NCBI GenBank assembly: GCA_002633005.1
Contig: NMRA01000686.1
Coordinates: 141,552-205,551, forward strand
Direction of reading: 5' to 3'
Source: Phoronis australis
Taxonomy: Eukaryota; Animalia; Phoronida
Length of the DNA stretch: 64,000 bases
A model generated the notes under the pieces. The model did no database searches and was not told where the DNA came from. It saw only the letters and a list, made by a program, of their open reading frames with translations. The translations under genes and the position numbers were made by a program. Positions 52,600 through 64,000 of this stretch are shown here, in pieces; the stretch's first letter is position 1; every line of letters begins with the position of its first letter.

Positions 52600-54602
52600 T
52601 TAAAAAAGAAAATGACAAATAACTGCTTTTTCAAACACTTTAATGGTGCTATTTGCCTAGTTGTCAATACATTCACCAGTTGGTCAAAATAGTTAAAGCA
52701 ATGCTAGGCCCAGTATTCCACTTGTAAATAGTAAAAATGATAGTAGTTGGGGGTTACGTACACTACGCACAGACAATCAACGTCAATTTTTGACTAAGTT
52801 ACAAGTGTATGGGATAGCCCCGAGTGATGCGCTGCCTCTTGTTGCCTCAAGTTGTCTTGAGCGATACATGTAAACAATCTAACTCAGCAACATCAGTTTT
52901 CACGTGACATGTCTTCTAGGATGTTAAGTACTAGCCAAGTCCTGTGTGGCATTTTATTGCCCTCAAATTTAATAATGTCCAATGTTTTTGTCATATTGGA
53001 TTCATTTTGGAAATATCAGTATTGCTCATGAGAACAGCAGTATGTAAAAATACTTGTGGGCAATACTTTATAGCACACAGGTTAAAGGTACGCACACTAC
53101 ACAGGGGTACGTACACTGCATTTCAATGACTTGTCAGGTTTATAAAAAATACTTAGAATGTACTGAGAGTTAGTTTATTTACCAAATACATTCAAGGAGA
53201 ACAAATAAAAGGTACAGCATACATGTGCAAATATGTCTGTCAATCTTTGAAAAAAGCACATGTTTAAACATAGGGGTACGTACACTACACAAATGCTAAT
53301 ATTTCACTAAAAATGCATTTGTAATTAACAGTCACCCTTTTAACTTAGCATTTTTTAATGAAGGAAACTGTCTGTGACAAATGTACCTTACTTACCGTGT
53401 AATAATTTTATTACATGGTATTTGTTTCGGGGTACGTACACTACGAAGGGGTACGTGCACTACATTTCAATGACATGTCAGGTGTGTAACTAAATACTAA
53501 GAATATGCTGAATGTTAGTTGATTTAATAAATCAATTCAAAGGGAAATTATAAAAAGCGCAACTATCATGTGCATATCTGCCAGACTTTGAAAATAGGCA
53601 TAAATTAAAATGTAGGGCTACGTACACTACACAGTCAAATGCTAAAATTTCACTCAAAACAAATGCATTTGAAATAAGCACCCTTTTAACCTGACATTTT
53701 TAAGGAAGGAAATGTATAGGACAAATGTTGCGCAAATGCCAATTGATATTTTAATTTCATGGCATTTGTAAACATGGGGGTACGTACACTAGAAAAAGGG
53801 TTAAATGTACGTACACTAGAAAAGGGGTACGTATACTACGTTACTGTTTCTGCGTTCACAAGGTATCATAATGTTGTATGGCCATTTAGTTTTCTTTGAT
53901 GATAATCAGCACCATCTTGTTATTTAGATGGCAATATTTTCATTTGCAATGAGCATTTGTGTTACTGAAGTCATCATGGGGATACGTACTCTACATTTTC
54001 TTAGCCTTTTGGCCCATCTTCGACATGGCAAAACCCAGCCAATATCCAAACTTTTGGTTTGTTTAGATATTGAATAATTTGCTGTGTTGCCAAGGCTAAC
54101 ATCTTGCGCAGTTGTTTTTATTACAGTGTGTGAACTTTAGTATTTAACGTTCTTTACATCAGGTGAGAGTGAGAAACACAGAATTTACAGATTTCATGAC
54201 GAGTGCCTGTTTTATGATGAACCCTACTATTTCTCAATGATTAAGCACAACTTCATCTACAAGTAAGTGATTCTGAAAGTGAGTCAAGTAATTCCCAGTC
54301 ATTTCTAAGCAATTGCTTGCTTGATAAAAAAATTCTCATATAATGTTGGCAGTGGAAAATTGTAATTTTTAAAATGGCCACTCGTAACGCTAAAAATGCA
54401 TAAAATTCATAGACAAAAACATGCATAAATTTCTCTAACATTGTCCGATTTTGATAATTCCTTTCTTAATTTGCGCAACTAAATAACCATTTTTGCATAC
54501 GAGATTCAGTTGGCATTAGGTATGTGACCAAAAAAAAAAAAAAATATTTTAGATCGTAACACAGTCAATTGACAAATGTTGACCTTGATTGGGATTTAAC
54601 CG
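52600..54602 (-). mobile_element. Non-autonomous ~2-kb TIR DNA transposon, copy 3 (one end missing)
   Basis: Collinear with 40460-41922 and with the reverse complement of 34902-36530. Ends gaccttgattgggatttaaccg. Confidence 0.85.
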
Positions 54603-57600
54603 ACTGCAATAAACGGGAAGAAGGCCGACTTTTCACTTTTTGGCAATAGGGATGTACCGTAAACATGCCGTAACTGGAAAAAGAAAAAAGGTCACGTGTA
54701 GAACTTTTAGCACAGTGTGCCAGTGGCAAAGTTTAGGGTACTAGAAAGTGGTTTCAAAATTTGTGCAACGGAATTTGATTTCTACGGATCTTTTAGATTA
54801 GACGTGAGGGCCTAATGGCCGTTACGGTAGTCTGAAAAGAATTGCATGACGTCACGGTCGTAGGAAGCGGGAAGAGCCGAGGACCGGAGGGAAGTTCCTC
54901 CGAAAAAATTGCAGACACCAGGCTAAAACCGAGGCAATCGTCAAAGCCGCTGGGCCGGGAGCAGCCAAGAAAATATACACCAAACCACTGTACAGGGCCC
55001 TAGGGCGCAGTGGCACAGCCATTGTTTAGAGCCCGTCGAAAACACTATTTGTCATGGCCACCAGGTGACGCAGAATATACCAAATCCATCACAACTTTGA
55101 AAGATGCCGTCATCTCCACAATATAGAATTTGACGAGCTCAGGAGGAAACGAAGCTAAGTTAAACAATACACGTGATACTAGTGGGGGGCATATTGGTAG
55201 TTGGAACTCTCCGGAAATCATTTGTAACAATTGCCGCATGAGGACACAACTGCCGGAAAAATTCTGTCGGACTTCTTAAGGGTTGAGTAGGAACTTATTG
55301 ACAAACCTGTACAATATGATTTAGTCAAATACCTACGAAGACAAATTATTTTAGCTGAGCAATATATATTTTCTGAAAAGTGAAGTTCCGTAAAATTTGA
55401 TTTTTTGACTGTTCACCATTCTGCCACTAATAAGGCCTTGCATTTTAGGAAAATTTAGAAAAAAGAGAAATTTGTAGCAAAACAACAAGGACAGTGACCC
55501 GAACAATTATCAAATGATTCAGCTTAAAATCTCAAATTCGCCAAAACACTTTTCTAAATTATCGTTTCGTTTTCGTTCTATGAAACTTGGTTTTTCACAA
55601 AAATCATACACATTCTATTTTTGGTAGCCCCTCGTGAAAAATGGAACACTTTAAAAACAAAACCTAATTAAAAATCGTTCAAAGCGAATTATCTGAAGGG
55701 TTCATGTATCCGATCACCTTTTTGTGAGACACGATGTTCCCAAAAGGACCAAACTTGAAAGTTTTACTGGGGATTTTCAGCTACAAGTAGAATATGTATA
55801 GGAAGTTATAAGCTGCCGGAACATTTGATTGGGTACCGTCTGGTTTCATTAATTTATCCAATATTTAATTAACTTGTGATAACTTAATGGTAACCTTGTG
55901 AATAAAATCTAACTCTCCTCGAGCTCGTATGTATGGCACATTATATTCAAGGACTGTCATAAATTGACAGTTCGAGGTCGTGACCAGGATGAAGCCAATG
56001 TACACCTACATGTATGGCGGATCTCCTACTCATATTACTGTATTACAATATGCATTATTTGTTTGTCAAAATGTCTAATCAAGTACTTAGTTGAACACTT
56101 TTATTGAAACACGGTTTTTATAACGTTTCCACTTTCCGCAAAATACGTTTTAACTTGCACTGCGTAGACTAATATATTTGTGACTGAGTGTGATGTACGT
56201 AGATCACCCGCAAATAGTAGTTTACCCCAAAATTGCTGTCTTGGATCTTATGCTATCAGTAGTTAGGAAACAATCCGTCAGTGAGGAATTAACTGAGAAA
56301 AAATGAGACGAAAAAACAGTAAAAGAATAGCTGCGGATTCCATCCTGCCGCTGGGACGCGTCCATATTATGGACACTAAACTGGGTACGACTTTGGAATA
56401 AGAGGGAGTTACCAGTTCTTGAAATCACAGGCATTGTACAGATGCCTTTGCCACTTTTTTCGAGTAGCCAACAACCATACATTCTGAAACCGTGTCGCGC
56501 TCTCGGTAGTAAAGTCTTATCAGGATTTTTTACATTTTTCATTTTTAGATCTATTGCCCAGACAATGATATAAAGCCAGTCTGAGGTTGAGCGCCTCAGA
56601 TCAGGCTTTAACAAAAGTGTATAATATTATAATATTAACTAATAAATTTATACGGCAATAAAATGCAACTGAAACGGGTATTGAGGACCGGGGGCAGGAC
56701 TTCCACGCGCCACTCACTCACACTGTGCTCATATGATGTCTGATGTGGTATATAAATACATACGTATAAAATAAATAATAACAGTAGAACCTTGTTCATG
56801 TCTGGAATAACAATTAAAATCATGCGTAAAGACCTCTCCATTTATCAACATTTGTTTCCGAAGTATCTATTAAAATTGTGTTTATAAACCTTTGTAACTT
56901 AACTTGAAATCGTTAAAAAGGAGAGGCTTTTTTACCGTTGTCGTCTGATACAGGTACATGAAGTAAAGTGCAAGTGTATAAATGGTGTTGCAAATTAATT
57001 TGTGATTTTATTTAGAGTTTTGAACGAAATCTAATATGTCCCAAATCGTAAAAATGTGCTGAGCCTTTAGGGTTCTATGTAAGAGTGCTTGGACTGATTC
57101 CCGGAAAGTCCTGACACAGCTAGGTGCAATAATAAAACATATGGAGTAAACTCAGTAACGCCTGTAACTCATCACAATACTGGCACATACACCTGTATCA
57201 GTTTGGACCACCTATATTTTGGAGAAAGTGATATTTGTAAATAATATTCTATGGTTAACGAGGCACCTGAAGTTCTTTAATTCAGGAATTATGGGATGGC
57301 TAAAGAGTAAAAAATAAATTTCTCTTATCAGCTTAGACTCTGTGAATATAAACAGTCAAAATAGGACTTTTGAGGAAAACAACCAAACAGGGCAGTTTGC
57401 AGGTTAAATTAGCGACAGATTTACGTTCAAAGATGATCACTTTCACGAGCGGTTCGAGATCCCCCGGCAGACGGTTAGCATACGCCATGCAAGATTGGTG
57501 ACTTCACTGCCTGTTGCTCGAGATTATATCGCGATCATTGCCAGTCGCATACACACGCTCATTCAACACAGTGTCATCGATCGAACATCAGTGTGCCCCC

Positions 57601-59589
57601 TTCCTGCTTTTACGAGAGCATTCGGTCGCTGGGGCGGCTTGACCGTGGATATCAGACTGTCCGTCTTAGTCTTGGAATGAATTTGTCCCGGCGGCGCCTT
57701 GAGGCAGGTGAATGCCTACCACTATATTGAATTCCCGGCTGCAAAAGGCCACTGCTACGTTCGAGGTGAAGGGTAAATATGAAACCAGACCATAACGCAT
57801 TCAGCAGGTTCCCCAGCATATGTCGATTTAAATGGAAACTATAGGGCGGAGCAGGCTGGCGAGCGGACCACGGCCGGGACGTGCAGGGGCCGCGAAAAGG
57901 CTGACCTGGGATCACCCCGTGATGATTTCGATCACGGATACTGCGCCAGAAACAATGTCACACAGTAGTGTTCATTTGTTTCATTGAATATATTTCGCAC
58001 CACAAGCTAAAGAAAAGTTGTGATTCCTTGTTGCATCCAGAATAAACCCGCCAACGATGAGATGGACGGAAGATCGTGACGTCCGAGTCAGTGTACCCAT
58101 CTGTCAGGTATCCTCATGGCTCAGGCAGGAGACGCCATCTTAGATCTGAGAAAGTAAAAATGTTTGGAAGTAAATCCAAATCCTTGGTAGAACGATCATC
58201 CATCGTACGTCTGACACGTATACACCCACAATGCACCATTTTAACCTAATTTCAATATGGCGTCGCTGCAAATCCGCTATTGCCAGCCGGCGGCAGCGGA
58301 TTTGCGGCACCTGACTCAGTGACTGAGCCCGGTAACACCTAAGTCACCCCTAAAGTGTTCAGGCTCTCATCCGCGATACGCGAAAGGCGGTCTGCCTTCA
58401 ATTGTCGTCATATCAGCAGTGGCTAGCCAATGTTTACATGGTCCAGCTCACTTATTGTCTGCCTTTCATGACGCTCACGTAATGCAGCAATTGTAATCAG
58501 CGAGCATGACGCGCTAACCGATATATTCATAAAAATACAATTTGCAAACTATTTTCAACATATATGTCGAGAAGTAAAATGCTATCACCAATTCGAACGG
58601 AGCGGAAAAAAAACAGTTGACTTTCAGAGAAATTAAGTATCAGTCCACGGATCCACCGACCACTGTACAGCCAACAAGCGGCAAGGTGGGGGGTCAGCCA
58701 TTCAGATCCATGTTTAGTCTGATAAATCACATTAGGGATGAGAGAAATTGGGTGAAGTATGACCCCACAAAGTTTGGTGGTTTAGGAGATACAAGGGAAG
58801 TGTTCTTGGGGGCAAAATGAGGCAATTTCTTGTTGTGGAATGAGTCATTTTTGACCAAATTTTCTACTCCAGTTTCTGCTTCAAACAGAATCGTTTCTGA
58901 ACAATTTTGATATCACACGATAGGTTCATGACCAATGTCAGTAAAAACGGCACCGACACTGCAATATCTGTTACCATGGTAACACTGGAACTGTTTCCGT
59001 GGAGGTACCTTTCCTTCTTGTGAAAAACCAGCAGTAAGTTGTACCCTTATAGCGAAGCTGCCCCCGCGAGAAAACTAAAAATAATAACATGGACATGTAG
59101 AAGACTCCATGCCCTTGAAATTAATACAATAAAAACTTTGTCAGCCCTTCAGGCAGGCTTGGTAATAGGTGTCTGAATTTCACTATTTTCAGACCGCGTA
59201 TGTGTATTTGTCATGTTAAACCAGTCACTAGTTGTGCGCCGTTTCTACGCATTAATATGCCGTGGTATAATACAACAATTAAAAGAATTGGTTTGCTTAA
59301 ATGTTTTTAATTAATTTTAAAGACACTAGCATTTCCCACTAAAATATGAAATTATACTAAATTTGTTCATCCAACTCGTCTGAATACCAAACTAAAGCTT
59401 ACAATGCGTTAGTTGAATGATGGCTGACCTAAAGTGCGGGTTTGCGAATTTATCTATTTATCTGGCACTGCCAGTCGCATCGAATGTGGTATTTCTACAA
59501 ATTGCGGAGAGAAACAACTTTGGAAACTCTTGGGAAATGCACAAGGTATAGAGCGAGACATTTGAGCACCTTATAAGAGTACGTGGAGC

Positions 59590-60660
59590 TGATGTGGAGG
59601 TGGAACGTGTCCTCCTGAGTCCTGAGAAGTAGTCTGTCTCAGTGTCTGCCTCGGAGGCAGGTGTGGAGCAGGAGCTACATAATCTACCTTATTAGATTCA
59701 CTTGCCCGAATCATCGTTACAACACTCGAGATATATTGCTGTCGCCAAAGACACTGAGAACATCCACTGCACACTAGAGGAGAAATCTGATAGAGCCTGA
59801 TAGAGGTCTGAAAAATGACCAAAGACGTTAAGTCAAGGTTCAACGTCCTGCTTCGTGTGAGCTCAGGTAGGAATCACTAAACTCCAGGGTCTGACCCTGA
59901 GGAATATTTTTAGAAGCACGTCATTCATGCAAAAATACTTTTATTGTCACACCGTGATTGCTTATAACTTGGGCCTTATTGCTTAATCATATCTTATTCA
60001 AATGTGTTGATGTTTATGCAACTACATGTATACATTGGCATAGAAAATAGGTAGTCATCATAACTTTTCATAACAACCACCAAATGTGTAACATGACTTC
60101 TGCCCATGAACTACTTTTAGAGACTAGGGAGTATGTTATGTCTGCCAATGAATTTCTGCGATTATGAAGTTAATTAAACATGCTAAAGCCGTCAAAAATA
60201 TTGGCGCCTTCACTTTAGCTTGGTATTCATATTTTCTGAGCCGAAATGGCCACATTAAATTTAGTATGTTTAATTTTTTCATTAATACAATTTTAGGAAT
60301 AAGGAGAGGCTTATGCTGAAGAAGTGGCTTCTGCTGAAGTTGCCGTGGAGACTTGCCAATTATTAGTAAAGGTTGGGTATGGAAAAGTTCACAACCAGCA
60401 AGAAGGTACCCTTCTGGACAACTAAGTGAGGGGGCTAGAGAGAGGCCGTAAAGTCTACTGCCAGAAGATATGTCAAAGAGAATTTGTAGCTTGAGGAACG
60501 AGTCGGGGGGAAAAGTATTTGCCAAAGATTACTGGCTTATACCACAACAGGTCCAAAGTAATTTCTTGAGATAGACCACTCTCAGCAAATGTGGGGAAAC
60601 TGGGACAGAGGAAGTAGAGTATGTATTGAAAGAGGCAGTCTGCGATTGTCAAGGATGTAG
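59590..60660 (+). pseudogene. Highly decayed transposase-like C-terminal remnant (superfamily uncertain, Sola3-like suspected)
   Basis: KGWVWKS....RY....G.RE..*SLLPEDMSKRICSLRNESGGKVFAKDYWLIPQQVQSNFLR* resembles a GWALK..G...F...WLT.QQV.S.FSR motif I recall from large invertebrate transposon ORFs. Several stops are present. Confidence 0.35.
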
Positions 60661-60917
60661 CATTGTAAAAATTCAAAGGGAGGAAACAGTACAGTGGCTG
60701 GACCTGTAAATACTCNAGAATTAAAGATTAGGATGATATGAAAATGTAAAAAACAGTCAAAATTAATTTTTTTGTGTATCCACCTACCTTTAACACTGAG
60801 GAAAATGATACGTACCGGTGTAATGTAAAAATGTAAACTACACTATCGAATAAAAATGTTAAATCGGAAATTTCCTCAACGGTATCGCCATTTTATCTGT
60901 CGGCTATGCGTGATACT

Positions 60918-61083
60918 CAGTCAGTGGCGGATCGAGTTCTAAGGGGNGGCATGCATTGGGGCACCCCGTGAGTATTTTCCAGGATTTTGCCAGTCACACA
61001 TTTGCACCACCGAACTGCTAAATGGAATCTGGGAGGATTTAAGGGGGGGGGGGCCTCTTGAACCCATTCTAAATCCGCTACTG
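60918..61083. mobile_element. hAT5-like MITE, TSD ATACT
   Basis: atact|cagtcagtggcggatc ... aaatccgctactg|atact. Confidence 0.7.
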
Positions 61084-61794
61084 ATACTAATCTCAATAGG
61101 CTTTAAGTGAAGAACCCGTGATTAGTCAATCAAGTAGGTTACTAGTGTTCGACTCCACACATTGATAGCGCCATATGTCTTACCAAGAGATGTCGCTCAG
61201 TATTCTCCTGTTCACTAGTTAATGCTGTTACGCACTGTTGTAATGTCCAACTTAGAATCTTGGAGGAATTGTCCAAATAGGGACAGTTTTAATCGCTGTT
61301 TCACAAAAACAATACACGAATTGGATTTTTTACACATTCCAGATAGAAACATGTTTTCTAGCTTGCCAAATATTTTGGCGTATGAATATTTCAGAACGCA
61401 ACACAGTCAACTTCCTTTTTGTGCGGTACTACATTCGAAGGTAGCTGTGGATTTCACGTGTTGGTCAAAAAAGATTAAGTCATCGAACTTGTTCGATGGA
61501 TTTGGTCGCAGATGGCCATTTTTGACGCATAATGTGCAGTTTTGGTTTTTGTCGTAACCTATTCCTTTCATGTTTTGCTGATGAAGTGGATTAAGCGGTT
61601 ATTTGTGACACACCGTCGTCGCGGTTCGTTCGGTCATGCCGATGTGATGGCGACAGACACTGCCACTTGGCCCCGATTTAGAGAACCTGTTTCATCCACT
61701 AAATAACGGGCCCTTCAGTAATTTGCCTGGTTCTCAAAATCAGGTACCGCTATATACAATCAGTGCCGTGGCATATGGCGGGAATTGACGTGCA

Positions 61795-63523
61795 ACGTTT
61801 TTACCCCATCTGTCATGCCGTGTCATCCTATTACACCCCACACGAGTGTAACTGGTGTACAGTAAAGTTGTCTTGGGCAATATCATACAGTGTACATGTA
61901 TATGTAATACTTTTGAAAAACTCGCTTTCCGAAGAATTGCTATTGTGGCAGTCGCCGTGGTCTGGTCGCGAGTCTGTTTGAAGATGCACTCTAACAAGTT
62001 ATGTCTATACAAGGAATGACCAAGAGGGCACTCACATTGACAAAGTGACCGCATTCGCGAACAGTGTACAGTACCAGAAATTGCAGGGAGGCTATACTTA
62101 CTTAACAAAGTCTTGAGGGACTCGTGCGATGTTCAATAAGGAGCCCGAAGTGTCGTCCACAACACATACCGTCTTTCTACCTGCAATAAGCACCACTACC
62201 ATTTTCTATACTGGGAATTTCCGCAGAAAGGACCACCCCTCGAAACGCCCATACCCATTGGCATTTATTTGATGTTAGTACTACGGGATTCAAGCGTTCA
62301 GACATTGGGACGTTTATTTCGAAAATTGCAAGAGATGCAAATGGGTCGTGGGATACATTGTCAAGGTTTGAAGTAGTCCGTGATGAACGCATCAAATTTA
62401 GTTGCACATGCTGTAAGTGTTTTGAATGGACTTGGTAACCTCAGGGGGCTTAGTGCCAACTGAGCTGCGAAACGAGATGCTGACATTGTAAAGGCGTACA
62501 AGCTCATCGACAGAGCAATTGACGAAGTGTAAGTGTTGGGAACAAACGTCAAAGATGTCTGGGTAGAATGGTTCCAAGACGGCCAAACCATTGGATCCGA
62601 TATACAGATTCCTCGGCAGTCTAGACAACAGAAAGATAGGACAAACGTTCCTGGAGAAACACCCAGGTAAAAAAGTTATAATTCTACACAGTTTGTAATA
62701 ATGTCAGTGTTTTCTGCTTGTGTACAATGAAAACGAAATAGAAATTATTTTTGGACATGCCAAATTTACCCAGTACAGCAGAGGGTTTACGAGCGCACAG
62801 AAACTGATTCTGGTTTGTATTTCCACTTGAGTCTATCTCCTTCATATCCAAAATCTATTTCACATAGTGCGTAGCTAAATCTGTACTCAATACTTGTTTC
62901 TTTTCAGTGTACATCTGGTCCCTCTGCAAACTAGTCCAGTATATCTTTTCACCACAGTGCACACGATGTTTTGGTTTCGTGAAACTGTTTTCAGATGATT
63001 TGTTTCCTTATACATTTGACGTTTTTCAATTGTTGTCGATGTGATTCAGCTTAATAAAGTTATACTTAATTGTTTATTGTCGCTTTTAATAATAGACTAT
63101 GAGCTAAGAGCACCGTCGTTCGCCAGTTTTTCTCGTAACGAGACAGAATACATGTTTATTTTCGGACTAACTCTACAGGTCTTCGTTGCGATCATCTGAT
63201 ATTCAAGTTTTTACGCCCCGTAGGTGCTCCTTATGCTCTTGAATATTTGGTTGTTGTCTAATCCCCTGTATACACACCACACTTTTTCGTATGCTAAAAA
63301 AGGTGTGTGTAAGCCGATGTTCCAACAAAAATTTTTGTTGGTGGCGTGACTCATACTCAGATGTGCAGAAATATGGTTTCACGAAACTTATGAGCCAAGT
63401 TCATGTGACGAAAGTGAGATTTAAGAAAAATTCCAGGGACATGTTAAGTGCCAGAAACGTACCAGGGTGTAAAACAAAAAGNGAATCCTAACCCCCCTTA
63501 CTGAAAACGTAGATCCGCCACTG
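61795..63523. mobile_element. Second, left-truncated copy of the 46.6-49.1 kb repeat
   Basis: Direct alignment over ~1.7 kb with the same right terminus. Confidence 0.75.
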
Positions 63524-63865
63524 AAAATGCAGAAGGCCAATATGCCTCAGACTGATTTCTTCCAAAGAGCACGCTACCCAGATAACACGTGATACCCATG
63601 AACAAGACTAACGGAACTGTAACCTGTCTTAAGTGTTTCGTCACTTTTAATCAAACCGACCGCAGCAATCACTTAGTAAGTAATGAATAAACTTAAGTTG
63701 GTGGTCTCATTCAACAATTCGTGACAGAAGGCGTTTTTAGTAAATTTAAACGGCTTATTCCATCTTACTCACCCGGATTTTTCTGTTCAGCTCAAAGTCA
63801 CCATCACCACTTGGTTTGCAGTCATCAATCCACTCTGTCCAGTATTTTTCTGCAAGAAGCAACAT

Positions 63866-64000
63866 TCTTACATGTTGCGTCCTTAAGACTACACGCTGCT
63901 GTCGGACTTCAATTAGCAACAATCAAAATGTCTTACACGTTGCGTCCTTAGGCCTACACGCTGCTGTCGGACTCTTCAATTAGCAACAACCAAAATGTCT
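63866..64000 (+). repeat. Minisatellite, ~65-bp unit, at least 2 copies, runs off the window
   Basis: tcttaca.gttgcgtcctta.g.ctacacgctgctgtcggac..caattagcaacaa.caaaatg at 63866 and 63931. Confidence 0.9.

Overview
AT-rich, repeat-dense animal genomic DNA with spliceosomal introns, one 141-N gap and isolated Ns. The repeat content suggests a marine invertebrate, possibly a deuterostome (inference only). Almost all ORFs in the supplied track are noise or exon fragments. Manual GT-AG splicing recovers one apparently intact 12-exon minus-strand gene (46065 to 9410; 1887 nt, 628 aa). It encodes about 7 N-terminal ankyrin repeats, a helical/proline-rich linker and a FAM111-like trypsin-fold serine protease with a complete His/Asp/Ser triad. 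Three of its ankyrin exons sit in a recent ~461-bp exon+intron tandem array. Their differences are almost all non-synonymous and many fall at ankyrin ligand-contact positions. The first two exons of a tandem paralog lie at 4573-1467 and that gene continues off the left edge. The best candidate for an undescribed system is a clustered, fast-diversifying 'ankyrin sensor + FAM111-type protease' family, possibly immune. The rest is transposon debris: L2/CR1 and L1/Tx1 3' ends, a three-copy ~2-kb TIR element, MITEs with 5-bp target duplications, Academ-like and other transposase remnants, hairpins and minisatellites.
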